A model generated the notes under the pieces. It worked only from the letters and a program-made list of their open reading frames with translations. It had not been told where the DNA came from and made no database searches. Both the position numbers and the translations under genes were made by a program. From an uncultured Candidatus Peribacteria bacterium (GTDB lineage: Bacteria > Patescibacteriota > Gracilibacteria > Peribacterales > Peribacteraceae), in assembly GCA_964427895.1 (NCBI GenBank), contig CAYRUZ010000001.1:31480-95479 (forward strand): 64,000 bases of DNA, read 5' to 3'. This document shows, piece after piece, positions 48,843 to 57,627 of this stretch; within the stretch, counting starts at the first letter, position 1, and each line of letters begins with the position of its first letter.

Positions 48843-50267
48843 TCAATGAACAGAAACTGCGTTCGAGGCCGATCGCGACACACGCAAACCGAAGCCGGCG
48901 ATGCACGAAGCCGCGAGCACGAAGACCGCTCCGATGAGAAATGCCACATGGTATCCCCCGACGAGAGCAGCTTCCTGGGTCGCGCCCGCTGCCAGCAGCA
49001 TGCCCGTTTTGGATGCCGCGGCGCTCGCGAGGATCGAGAGGCCCAAGGCTCCTCCCATCATGAAGGCGGTGTTCACGAGGCCAGATGCCAATCCTGATTC
49101 ACTTTCGGACACATCGTTCATCGCGGCGAGCAGCATCGGGTTGAAGGCGATGCCCGCGCCGATGCCGAGAAGAATCATGTTCGGCAGGATGTCGCACAGG
49201 AACTGGCCCTCCAGCGGCGCGCGCGTGAAGAGCAGCAATCCAGATGCAACGAACAGGAGCCCGGCGGTCAGGGATGCTCGAATGCCGAAGTGCAGCACGA
49301 TCTTTGCGGAGAGGCCGAGGGAGAACGCCGCCATGATCAGGTTCGACGGCAGGAACGAGAGCCCCACCTGCATCGGCGTGTAATGCAGCACGAGCTGCAT
49401 GTAGAGCGCCGAGAGGAAGAACCATGCAAACATGCCGCCGGCCCACAGGACACCCGTGAGGTTGGCGACGCGGACGTTACGCAGGCGGAAAAGCCCGAGT
49501 GGCATGAGCGGGAAGCGCACGCGTGATTCGATGATGAGGAAGGCGATCATCATGACGGCCGCCAGCCCGAGTGTCCCCAGCGTCTGCACGGACGTCCATC
49601 CCGCCTGGTTGCCATTCACGATGGCGAACACCGCGAGGACGAGAGATGTCGTCACGGTGATGGCTCCGGCGAAATCCAGATGTCCGATTGATCCCTGCCC
49701 GTCCGTTTTGGGAAGCAGCATGACCGACAAGACGAAGACGAGCACGCCGATGGGAATATTGATGAGGAAGATCCAGTGCCAGTCGAAGGAGCCGGTGAGG
49801 ATGCCGCCGAGCAGGACACCGACCGATCCTCCGCCGGACGCCACGAATCCGAAGATGCCCATCGCCTTCGCGCGCTCCACCGGCTCCTGGAACAGATTCA
49901 TCACGAGCGAGAGCGCGACGGCGGAAATGATCGCTGCGCCCAAACCTTGGATGGCGCGCAACGTGATGAGGAACGTCTGCGACTGAGCCAATCCGCATCC
50001 GAGCGATGCCAACGTGAAAGCGGCGATGCCATAGAGGAAGATCCTGCGTTGTCCGAAGAGATCGCCCATGCGTCCGCCGAGGAGCAGGAAGCCGCCGAAG
50101 GTGAGCATGTAGGCGTTCACCACCCACGCGAGGGAATCGACCGTGAAGCCGAGGTCTGTGCGGATGGAGGGAAGCGCGACGTTCACGATCGTCGTGTCGA
50201 GCACTTCCATGAGCGTGCCAAGGCACAGGACGATGAGTGCGAGCCAACGTTTGGGGTCTTTCTGCAT
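48843..50267 (-). CDS. MFS transporter, DHA2 (14-TMS, EmrB/QacA-like) family
   Basis: LALIVLCLGTLMEVLDTTIVNVALPSI start, the GGRMGDLFGQRR motif, and about 14 hydrophobic helices. The ATG at 50267 is chosen. Confidence 0.85.
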   Translation of the reverse strand: MQKDPKRWLALIVLCLGTLMEVLDTTIVNVALPSIRTDLGFTVDSLAWVVNAYMLTFGGFLLLGGRMGDLFGQRRIFLYGIAAFTLASLGCGLAQSQTFLITLRAIQGLGAAIISAVALSLVMNLFQEPVERAKAMGIFGFVASGGGSVGVLLGGILTGSFDWHWIFLINIPIGVLVFVLSVMLLPKTDGQGSIGHLDFAGAITVTTSLVLAVFAIVNGNQAGWTSVQTLGTLGLAAVMMIAFLIIESRVRFPLMPLGLFRLRNVRVANLTGVLWAGGMFAWFFLSALYMQLVLHYTPMQVGLSFLPSNLIMAAFSLGLSAKIVLHFGIRASLTAGLLFVASGLLLFTRAPLEGQFLCDILPNMILLGIGAGIAFNPMLLAAMNDVSESESGLASGLVNTAFMMGGALGLSILASAAASKTGMLLAAGATQEAALVGGYHVAFLIGAVFVLAASCIAGFGLRVSRSASNAVSVH

Positions 50268-50291
50268 GGGATGGCAGTGTACACTGGGTGC

Positions 50292-50471
50292 ATGAAGTTT
50301 CTCCTTTTTGTCGTCATCGCCCTCGCCATCGGCGGAGGCATCTACTACGTCATGCTGTCGCAGAATGCCGGCACCGCGCAACAGGCCCAGCAGAATGCTG
50401 GTTCGGCCAAGGCGGCGGCCGACAGCTACAACAAGCAGCAGGAAGACCTGATGCGGCAATTGGGCCAGTAA
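50292..50471 (+). CDS. 59-aa single-TM protein (MKFLLFVVIALAIGGGIYYVML..., Gln/Ala-rich tail)
   Basis: Hand-translated from the ATG at 50292, inside a longer track ORF. It is divergent from the MFS gene. Coding status is uncertain. Confidence 0.35.
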   Translation: MKFLLFVVIALAIGGGIYYVMLSQNAGTAQQAQQNAGSAKAAADSYNKQQEDLMRQLGQ

Positions 50472-50533
50472 TTTGAAGAAGAAGCGCTGAAAGGGGTTGA
50501 TTTTGACAGAATAAATAAATATTTTGCCTTCCT

Positions 50534-52042
50534 TTGAATAAGGTTCTCTCTCCTTTAGAGGCGCACTTCGAGCCATTCCGGCAGTCCACGATCGGACGGA
50601 AAGACGCCGTCACGACGCCTTTTGGCGAGATGCCGAAGCTGTACGCCGACACGACCGCGACGGGCCTGCCCGATTCCCGCGTCGAAGCGGCCGTCCTGGA
50701 GATCAAACGTCAGCTGGCCAATACGCACACGACGTCCAATTTCACCGGTGACCTCACCACGCAGCGGTATCACTTCGCTTCCTGCGTCATCAAGGAGCAC
50801 GTGCACGCGAACGACGATGACGTCTTGATCACGGAGGGGTCGGGAATGACCGCCGCCATCAACAAGCTCGTGCGGCTGATGGGCTTGTATCTCCCTCCCC
50901 AGTGGAAAGAGCGGGTGAACATTCCCGAAGCAGAGCGTCCGGTCGTGTTCATCACGCACATGGAACATCACAGCAACATCCTCCCGTGGGAGGAGAGCAT
51001 CGCCGAGGTCGTGATGCTCGATCGCTCGCCCGACGGCACCAGTTCCCCCGAGCAACTCGCGCAGCTCTGCAAGCGCTACGCCCCGCGCCCGTTGATCGGA
51101 TCGTTCACCGCGGCATCCAACGTGACCGGAATCCGCACCCCGTACCGCGATTTGTCCCGCGTGCTGCACCAGCATGGGGGAGTGTGCGTCGTGGATTTCG
51201 CAGCGTCTGCACCCTACGACCGCATCGACATGCATCCCGACGATGAAAATGAGCGCATCGATGCCGTCGTGTTTTCGCCGCACAAGTTCCAGGGCGGCGT
51301 CGAAACGCCGGGTGTGTTGGTCGCCAACAAGGCGTTGATGAAGAATACCGTGCCGGATCGACCGGGCGGGGGAACCGTGGAAGCCGTGGATCGATGGGGA
51401 GGCCGCTGGTACGTGCCGGAACATGAAACACGCGAGGACGGCGGCACGCCCGCCATCATCGGTCGCATGCGCGCCGCGCTCGCGATCGTCCTGAAGCAGA
51501 ACATGGGCGAGGAACAGATCGCTCTGCGTGAGCGCGAACTGATCAGCCGTTTCATGGACGGCATGGCTGCAATCGACGGCACGCACGTCTTTGAGGCGCA
51601 GAACCGCAACCGGCTCGGCATCGTGTCCTTCTACATGGACGGCGTCCCCCACGGCTTACTGGCCGCGTTGCTCAATGATCGCTTCGGCATTCAGGTGCGT
51701 AATGGCTGCTCGTGCGCCGGACCGTACGGCCACGTCTTGTTGGATATCACGCGCGAGCGTTCCGCCGAAATCATCCGCCACATCGTCGACGGCGATGCGA
51801 GCGCCAAGCCGGGATGGGTACGCGTATCACTGCATCCCACGATGCTGAACGACGAAGTGGATCAGATCCTCTGCGCCCTACGCGAAATACGGTCGAATAT
51901 CGACGCGTGGAAACACGACTACACGCAGGTCGAAGGGACGACGGACTTCGTCTGCAAACGGGGCACCCCCGGGCAGGACATCGAATCAGTCTTCCTTATG
52001 AATGGTCGCCGTTTGTCGTCAGACGGTAACCGCGATTCGTGA
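50534..52042 (+). CDS. Class V aminotransferase-fold PLP enzyme (cysteine desulfurase/selenocysteine lyase-like)
   Basis: ITHMEHHSNILPW and the FSPHKF (PLP Lys) motif; about 500 aa. The TTG start at 50534 is uncertain. Confidence 0.75.
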   Translation: MNKVLSPLEAHFEPFRQSTIGRKDAVTTPFGEMPKLYADTTATGLPDSRVEAAVLEIKRQLANTHTTSNFTGDLTTQRYHFASCVIKEHVHANDDDVLITEGSGMTAAINKLVRLMGLYLPPQWKERVNIPEAERPVVFITHMEHHSNILPWEESIAEVVMLDRSPDGTSSPEQLAQLCKRYAPRPLIGSFTAASNVTGIRTPYRDLSRVLHQHGGVCVVDFAASAPYDRIDMHPDDENERIDAVVFSPHKFQGGVETPGVLVANKALMKNTVPDRPGGGTVEAVDRWGGRWYVPEHETREDGGTPAIIGRMRAALAIVLKQNMGEEQIALRERELISRFMDGMAAIDGTHVFEAQNRNRLGIVSFYMDGVPHGLLAALLNDRFGIQVRNGCSCAGPYGHVLLDITRERSAEIIRHIVDGDASAKPGWVRVSLHPTMLNDEVDQILCALREIRSNIDAWKHDYTQVEGTTDFVCKRGTPGQDIESVFLMNGRRLSSDGNRDS

Positions 52043-52379
52043 GAGTCTCAAGCTGGCAGCGTTTGCGGTGGGCGATCAGCCGGATCGACCGCAACAGCGT
52101 GAACGTCGCAGTTTCCGCCACGCTCAAACGTTCGGCCAGCGTAGAGCGCGAGAGCGGTTCCTCCGCTTCGCACAGGGCTCGAAGCATTTCACGTCCTTTC
52201 GGCGTCAGTTCGTGGAGCACGTCGGTAAAGAGATCGTAGGTCACGCGGCGCGTCTGTTGCTCCCGCGCGGCGACCTCTTGCGAGCCGCTCGTGCGCTCGC
52301 GGACGATCGAGGCAAAATCTTCCAATACTTCGCCGAGCGCGGAAGCGCAGCCTTTGCCGTAGGGAATCGTTCTACGCAT
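51996..52379 (-). CDS. Stand-alone OmpR/PhoB-type winged-helix DNA-binding protein (no receiver domain)
   Basis: LTPKGREMLRALCEAEEPLSRSTLAERL....TLLRSIRLIAHRKR....TLTNRGYRL resembles the Trans_reg_C pattern. Confidence 0.55.
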   Translation of the reverse strand: MRRTIPYGKGCASALGEVLEDFASIVRERTSGSQEVAAREQQTRRVTYDLFTDVLHELTPKGREMLRALCEAEEPLSRSTLAERLSVAETATFTLLRSIRLIAHRKRCQLETLTNRGYRLTTNGDHS

Positions 52380-53019
52380 CGTTCTCGAAGAGGATGTCCT
52401 CGCATTGCAAACGACGTGCGACCTCGCGCAGCGAACCCGTCACGAGCGCCCCGTGGTTCGTTCTCTGTTCCGCGTCAACGATGGGGAACAGTGCTTCTTC
52501 GTTGGGTGCGCTCAATATGCCGCAGATGGCGGTGGTAAGAGCGGTCTCCAGCACGTCGATGCCGGCGCTCATGCAGGCCAACTGGCGTTCCTTGCGTGTG
52601 TCGTTACCCATCACCATGGTTGCCGCGCGCGAAACAGTCGGTATCAAGTGCTCGTTGATCGGCAGCGCCGGCTTCACGTTGGTCGCGAGGAGATTGAGCA
52701 CGCCGAATTCCAATCGGTCGCGTTCGTACAGGGCGGGGCGATTGCGGCCCATCACGCCGTTCCATTTGCCGGCCCATCCGCTTTCCCATCGCGCGTCCGC
52801 GACGATGTCGTCCCATCGCTTCTCCATGAATTTAGTCGGATAGGTTCCACGGAGGATTCGAAGGATCTCCCATCTGCTCTCATCCACCAGGTCGCCGGGC
52901 TGCAATTTCTCCGCGGGTCCGCGCGCCGCCTGGAGAAGGGCGACGTTCTTGTACAGTGGTGCGTATGGCAATTGCACGCCGATCACGCGGTCGGCCACTC
53001 CGGAGGGGGTGAGCTCCAT
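52372..53019 (-). CDS. Hypothetical protein (215 aa), co-transcribed with the wHTH gene (8-nt overlap)
   Basis: Long ORF with host-like codon usage. No TM helix, signal peptide or recognised motif. Confidence 0.5.
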   Translation of the reverse strand: MELTPSGVADRVIGVQLPYAPLYKNVALLQAARGPAEKLQPGDLVDESRWEILRILRGTYPTKFMEKRWDDIVADARWESGWAGKWNGVMGRNRPALYERDRLEFGVLNLLATNVKPALPINEHLIPTVSRAATMVMGNDTRKERQLACMSAGIDVLETALTTAICGILSAPNEEALFPIVDAEQRTNHGALVTGSLREVARRLQCEDILFENDA

Positions 53020-53065
53020 ATGCGCATTATGATTTTTTTTGTAATTCTGTCAATTACCCGTCGTA

Positions 53066-53503
53066 TCACAGTTTCTGGGCCAATTCGACGATGATGCCCT
53101 CCGGGCCGCGCAGGTAACACAGCTTGTAGATGCCCGCGTACGTCTCGATGTCGCCCATCAGTGTCGCACCGTGCTTGCGTTGGAGTAGCGACACGATGGA
53201 TTCCACGTCATCCACCGCGAAACAGAGATGGCGCATGCCCAGGGTGTTGGCGGCGGACGGTTGCGGCCCCTTCTCATCGACGGGCGAAAAAAATTGAACC
53301 AGCTCAACCGCGGGCTCACCGCCCGGTACGCCCAACATGACGATGGTATCGCGCACGTCCTTCAAGCCGATGATGCGTCCCACCCACTCGCCCTCTATCT
53401 CCATCTCCCCGAGCACTTCCAGCCCGAGATCGAGGAAGAACGCCTTCGCCGCTTCGATGTCCTGGACGTTGATGCCCACGTGGTCCATGCGCTGAATGGT
53501 CAT
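53066..53503 (-). CDS. VOC-family (glyoxalase/bleomycin-resistance/dioxygenase fold) protein
   Basis: The MDHVGINVQDIEAAKAFFLDLGLEV start and the HLCFAVDD second-half motif. Confidence 0.8.
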   Translation of the reverse strand: MTIQRMDHVGINVQDIEAAKAFFLDLGLEVLGEMEIEGEWVGRIIGLKDVRDTIVMLGVPGGEPAVELVQFFSPVDEKGPQPSAANTLGMRHLCFAVDDVESIVSLLQRKHGATLMGDIETYAGIYKLCYLRGPEGIIVELAQKL

Positions 53504-53651
53504 GGTGTCACTGTATCATGCTGTCGGCGGCGGCGTGCTCTGATGTCCACCGCGTTTGACCATGCATGAATGCACAGCGAATCCCCGCAATGCTTTCGCA
53601 CTGCGGGGGTCGCCCCTTTCTATGGCAAGACTGTGGTAGTGAATTTCAGGC

Positions 53652-54392
53652 TTACGCGGCTGCCTTCTTGGCGGAGAACCCGCGGAACGGGTGCCGGGCC
53701 GCCTTTGCGCGGGCGATGCGTTCGTCCGGCGTCAGCCCGCCGGTGAGGGCGTCGGCCAAGAGGCCCAGCGTGCAGAGATAATTGAGCCCGTAGATTCCGT
53801 ACATCGACACTTCGAGCGCTTCGCCGGAAAGGAATTTCTTGGGGTCGAAGGTCGGGTTCGCGGCTTCACCTTGCGGGGCCAGACCGGCGAAGGGATGAAT
53901 GAACACCCCGACCACCAGCACGTGCTTCTTCGCGGCTTCGTCCGGGAACCATTTGTTTTCGTACGCGTCGCAGACGGCCCGCGCGATCCCTTCTTGTGCA
54001 GCGCCCCACATCTGGACGGCGCGCTGCAACGAGTCGGTTTTCACTTTGGTGATCATCGCGGTCCGCACGGGGGGAGCGAGGTTGGGCGCGACGACGGATT
54101 GCATGTTGTTGTATCCGTGCGCCTGCTTCGTCATCGCATCGCTGAACGCGAATCCGACGGGGCCTTCTTTCATGCCGTACAGCCCGTCATGGTGCTGGAT
54201 TTCGAATCCCAGACCGTCATTCCCCACGAGGCACTCGCAGGGGTTCATGTAGAAGTCGTCGGCGCGGTGATCTTTGACCTTTCCGAGCGGTCCGCTCCAA
54301 TCGACGACGAGTTCCGGCCGGGACTGCGCATCCAGCTTGTACGCGCCGATGTAGTCCAAAATCTGAGCCATCAAAGAGGTGGCACTACTCAT
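53652..54392 (-). CDS. Hypothetical protein (246 aa)
   Basis: ATG with AGGAGAA 6 nt upstream. No TM helix, signal peptide or recognised family. Confidence 0.55.
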   Translation of the reverse strand: MSSATSLMAQILDYIGAYKLDAQSRPELVVDWSGPLGKVKDHRADDFYMNPCECLVGNDGLGFEIQHHDGLYGMKEGPVGFAFSDAMTKQAHGYNNMQSVVAPNLAPPVRTAMITKVKTDSLQRAVQMWGAAQEGIARAVCDAYENKWFPDEAAKKHVLVVGVFIHPFAGLAPQGEAANPTFDPKKFLSGEALEVSMYGIYGLNYLCTLGLLADALTGGLTPDERIARAKAARHPFRGFSAKKAAA

Positions 54393-54881
54393 GAGACGTT
54401 CTCCTGTGACTGGTGGACTCCTTTCTCAAGGGAGCCCACGGGTGAATGTCCGGCACGGTCGTGTGCTCGGACGCGGATTCCCTCTGCTTCCCGACGCGGG
54501 ACGAGGTTTTCTGTTGCCCTTATATCGACAAGATACAGGTGCGTCCTATGTACGCAGCGCATACGCAGAACACACCTGTACCAGCGTTCCATCACTACCG
54601 ATCCTGCCAAGGAGCGAAAAAGCCCCAACAACAGACATAGTTGAGGACGCGGTATTTAAGACAAAATTTACCATATTATCAAATAGCTCAGCGGCGCGAT
54701 TTCTTTAGGTGCTAACGAGAGTCAATAACGCTGCTTCCTTCCAGTGAAGGAAGATGAATTTCAAGCAACTGTGGGAAAATCATCGCCTGAATGGTGATGC
54801 AGCTGTAGCCAAACTGTATCTATGTCGACGCATGCGCATCGCAAGGCTTCATCAGCGCACTGCACCGTTTACCTGATCAGT

Positions 54882-56057
54882 TCATCCGAACAGATCGACT
54901 GACTGCGACGTCCCAGGGACCCGAATGGAAACGCCGCCCATCTGCTGTGCCAGGTTGATAGCAGCAATGCCGCCGGACTGTTGGATTTTACTGCGGATGT
55001 CTCCGACGGTGTGAAGTTCGCCGGGGATGAGCTCTCCGCCCCCGCGGTAGGCTTTGGGCAGGGGGGTGCGTTGCTTGTTATAAAACGTATTGCTGAACTG
55101 AGCGACAGCTGGACGCAGGGCAAACGTGGACAGAGTGTTGGTCGAGCTGCCTGCAGGGATTCTCTGCTGCACGTAGGGGTAGAATACGGCTGTATCTTTC
55201 TTGGCGTTCGAGACCCAGTAGATTTGGGGTCCCTCTTTGGAAATTTGTCGGAAGGCGGGACTGCGCAGGATGGCGTCGGCCGTTTGTGGGAACACATCAC
55301 GCACAGCTTGTTCGATTTCGGCTTTCACTGGCGCTGCGTTCTTCCGTAATGCCACCTCTGTCAGTTGAGCAGCGAAGGCCCAGAGTTGGGCTTCGGACTC
55401 CTCTTGAAACACCGTGGCAGCGGCGATGTACAGCGCCTCGATCGTTTTGCCAAAGAAGTCGATGTCTTCGAAATCCGGGGGGCACAGCCCGTCGGTACTG
55501 CGCGACAGTTCGCGTCGCCAGCCCCAGGTGCCGGTAGTAGTCAGCTGATCGTCGTGACTCGGTCGAGCGAAGCGCTCCAAGCCCATGGCCAGCGCTTCTT
55601 CGGGGCCGCGCATGAGTGTTGAAATTGCGTGCCGAGTCGCCAGGTGAATAGATTCATGTGTCAGGAAGCTTGTGATGAGTTCCAGTGTTTGCCCATGCAG
55701 GAGATCAACAGGCGAGAGGCCGAGACGCATGGTGATGTCGTCTGACTTGAGTGACACTTCCCTCTGCCCATTCGTTTGCCGCACCTGGTAGGCATGCGAT
55801 TCCACGTACGCGGCGGGGCCATTTTCGCCGATCTGGTTTGAGCGCAAGAACCCGCCGAGCGTCACTTCGCGCGGCGCGTGTTGCAGGAGCACATCAGGGA
55901 GGGAGCGTCCAAGTATGCTGCGGTACGTACGCGTGGCGAGTCCGCACAAGTCTTCTACTTGTGCAGTAGTCAGTCCAAGTTGCCTGAGGCTGTTCTTTCC
56001 TTCGCGGTTGGGCGGTGAGTCTGCCTCAGGAACAAAACGAACATCAGGGATGGCCAT
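54882..56057 (-). CDS. Hypothetical protein with HExxH motif (putative zinc metallopeptidase)
   Basis: LTHESIHLATRH (HExxH, with a further His 5 residues later). No signal peptide. Immediately downstream of tRNA-Asn. Confidence 0.55.
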   Translation of the reverse strand: MAIPDVRFVPEADSPPNREGKNSLRQLGLTTAQVEDLCGLATRTYRSILGRSLPDVLLQHAPREVTLGGFLRSNQIGENGPAAYVESHAYQVRQTNGQREVSLKSDDITMRLGLSPVDLLHGQTLELITSFLTHESIHLATRHAISTLMRGPEEALAMGLERFARPSHDDQLTTTGTWGWRRELSRSTDGLCPPDFEDIDFFGKTIEALYIAAATVFQEESEAQLWAFAAQLTEVALRKNAAPVKAEIEQAVRDVFPQTADAILRSPAFRQISKEGPQIYWVSNAKKDTAVFYPYVQQRIPAGSSTNTLSTFALRPAVAQFSNTFYNKQRTPLPKAYRGGGELIPGELHTVGDIRSKIQQSGGIAAINLAQQMGGVSIRVPGTSQSVDLFG

Positions 56058-56172
56058 TCTTGGAATTAATTACATTATTTCTTATATTTGTCAAATTCAG
56101 GATTGCCGTGCGCAGTTTCACTCCATCAGCGTGTCGCTCTCAGAAAGGTTACAGGGCCCCGATAGCACGAAA

Positions 56173-56247
56173 TGGCTCCCCGACTTGGACTCGAACCAAG
56201 AACCTTGGCGTTAACAGCGCCCTGCTCTACCATTGAGCTATCGGGGA
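56173..56247 (-). tRNA. tRNA-Asn (anticodon GUU), CCA encoded
   Basis: Hand-folded cloverleaf: TCCCCGA-TA-GCTC-AATGGTA-GAGC-A-GGGCG-CTGTTAA-CGCCA-AGGTT-CTTGG-TTCGAGT-CCAAG-TCGGGGA-G-CCA. There is one G-A mismatch at the top of the anticodon stem. Confidence 0.9.
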
Positions 56248-56304
56248 ACGATAGTTGCGTGCGAACGGAGTATACGAAAACCCTTTAGCTTTTCCAGAGG
56301 GAAA

Positions 56305-57627
56305 TTAGGCGTGTTTGAGCAAACCGAGGTGTTTGCACGATCGGCGGCTCGCCACGCGGTCGTACACGCGCCGTCCCACGGGTGCCACGCCCGGCAAATA
56401 GAGGAACGGAAGGATGATCCAGAACGGCGGAAGGTGCCGCGCGAGGGCGCGCACGCCATCAAAACCCTCGAGCGTGCGACCATCGGGGAAACGCACGTGC
56501 ATCGAACGCTGCAGGTCTTCCAGCTTCAGATCGGGAGCCACCTGCGGGCGGATCACGTCGTCGTACAGATCCACAACGTGCAGTCGCCGCAGCCAGTCGC
56601 TGACGAGGAAAGCAGTGATCCAGTTCTGGCAGAACGAGCAGCTGCCGTCGTACAGCACGACGATCTGTCCTTTCCATTTCTTGTTGCAGTGTGCGCGCAG
56701 CACATCGAAGTCCTCGCCCAGCAGCAGTCCGAAGTAGCCGGTGAACATCGCCAGCGAGAAGATGCCGGCATCCATGATCACCAGGATGCCGAAGTGCAGG
56801 AGGAAACAGCCGTAAATAAGGAAGCGGCGCAGAGAGTACTTGTGCATCCGGCGCGGCAGCAGCGCGCGGCGGACGGGCGTGGGAATCAGCAGGAGGGCCC
56901 ACGAAAGTTGAATGAGTATGGTCAGGTAATTGGCGAGTCCCGTACCCGGCGTCAGGAGATTGATGGCCCAGAGCGGCCAGCGCGTGAACTCCAGGTCGTG
57001 CAGCGACACCACGACGCCCGATCCTTGGCGCCAGAGCGGATCGAGCAGCTTGTACCAGGCGGCAGTCACGTAGACCACGATGTACTGCCACAGGAGCAGG
57101 CGGTAGGGCCATGCGGGTTGCGACCCGGGAGGGAGCAGCGTCTTGTGCTCCGCCCAGTGCGTGCGCTGCGCGAAGAATCGGTCGAGGGAGAACGCCGACA
57201 CGTTGGGGGCCAGCAGCAGGATGTAGCCGAGCACGCGCATCATCGTGTCGCCGCCGGCGAACATGAAGAACGTGTGTTCCTGGAAACTGAAGAGCAGGAT
57301 GACGCTCACGATGGTGGAAAGCTTGGGGCGGAAGCCGATCATCATGCTCGTCAGTGCGAGCAAGAAGAGGATGTACAACGCAACCACGGCCGGGGGAGCG
57401 GTGATGGTGTCGAGCAGCGTGAAGCGGTAATCGCTGCGGACGATCGTCGGGATGATGGACTGCGGGAAGTACCCCTCTCCGCTGTAGTAGCTCACCACGT
57501 CCGGTGCCTGGCAGAGAAAGAAGAACAGGTTGCTCGCCGCCCAGGACGCGCGCATCAATCCGAAGCCGAGCGACGGGATGGGGGCGAAGAAGAAGTCGTG
57601 CGCGATGGTGGCGATGCGGCGCAGCAT
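56305..57627 (-). CDS. Fusion of an HTTM (vitamin K-dependent gamma-carboxylase-like) membrane domain with a C-terminal DCC-type (DUF393) CxxC thiol-disulfide oxidoreductase domain
   Basis: N-terminal 300 aa are polytopic with an HTTM-like start (IAHDFFFAPIPSLGFGLMRASW). The C-terminus has VVLYDGSCSFCQNW (Cys330/Cys333 at 56629..56640), which is the YDG.C..C signature of DCC proteins. Its ATG at 57627 overlaps the upstream stop (TAATG). Confidence 0.7.
   Translation of the reverse strand: MLRRIATIAHDFFFAPIPSLGFGLMRASWAASNLFFFLCQAPDVVSYYSGEGYFPQSIIPTIVRSDYRFTLLDTITAPPAVVALYILFLLALTSMMIGFRPKLSTIVSVILLFSFQEHTFFMFAGGDTMMRVLGYILLLAPNVSAFSLDRFFAQRTHWAEHKTLLPPGSQPAWPYRLLLWQYIVVYVTAAWYKLLDPLWRQGSGVVVSLHDLEFTRWPLWAINLLTPGTGLANYLTILIQLSWALLLIPTPVRRALLPRRMHKYSLRRFLIYGCFLLHFGILVIMDAGIFSLAMFTGYFGLLLGEDFDVLRAHCNKKWKGQIVVLYDGSCSFCQNWITAFLVSDWLRRLHVVDLYDDVIRPQVAPDLKLEDLQRSMHVRFPDGRTLEGFDGVRALARHLPPFWIILPFLYLPGVAPVGRRVYDRVASRRSCKHLGLLKHA

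Noticed and set aside
53583-53608. Hairpin CCCCGCA-N12-TGCGGGG downstream of 53652..54392, as a terminator.
   Set aside because: There is no U-tract on the relevant (minus) strand. It may still be a structural element, but the evidence is insufficient to annotate it.
54393-54700. A known riboswitch (TPP, SAM, cobalamin, glycine, c-di-GMP, ZTP, guanidine-I, preQ1, THF) in the long leader of 53652..54392.
   Set aside because: I compared it by eye with the consensus cores I remember and found no convincing match. One short stretch (GTCCGAGCACACG) only loosely resembles the ykkC core. It is kept as an unexplained spacer in the findings, not called as a riboswitch.
54734-54753. Possible SRP (4.5S) RNA, because the minus strand reads GGAAGGAAGCAG, reminiscent of the conserved domain IV sequence.
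   Set aside because: The element is a perfectly paired 8-bp hairpin with an ACUG/CAGU loop. It lacks the GNRA tetraloop, the internal loops and the flanking helices of SRP RNA, so the match is most likely coincidental.
54754-54876. A 40-codon plus-strand ORF (MNFKQLWENHRLNGDAAVAKLYLCRRMRIARLHQRTAPFT) in the long spacer.
   Set aside because: It has no SD or promoter geometry and no recognisable motif. Short ORFs of this size are expected by chance, and I could not check conservation.
56173-56247. A genomic island integrated at tRNA-Asn.
   Set aside because: No integrase, recombinase or excisionase gene was found, and I saw no direct repeat of the tRNA 3' half in the 4.5 kb downstream. Composition there is backbone-like.
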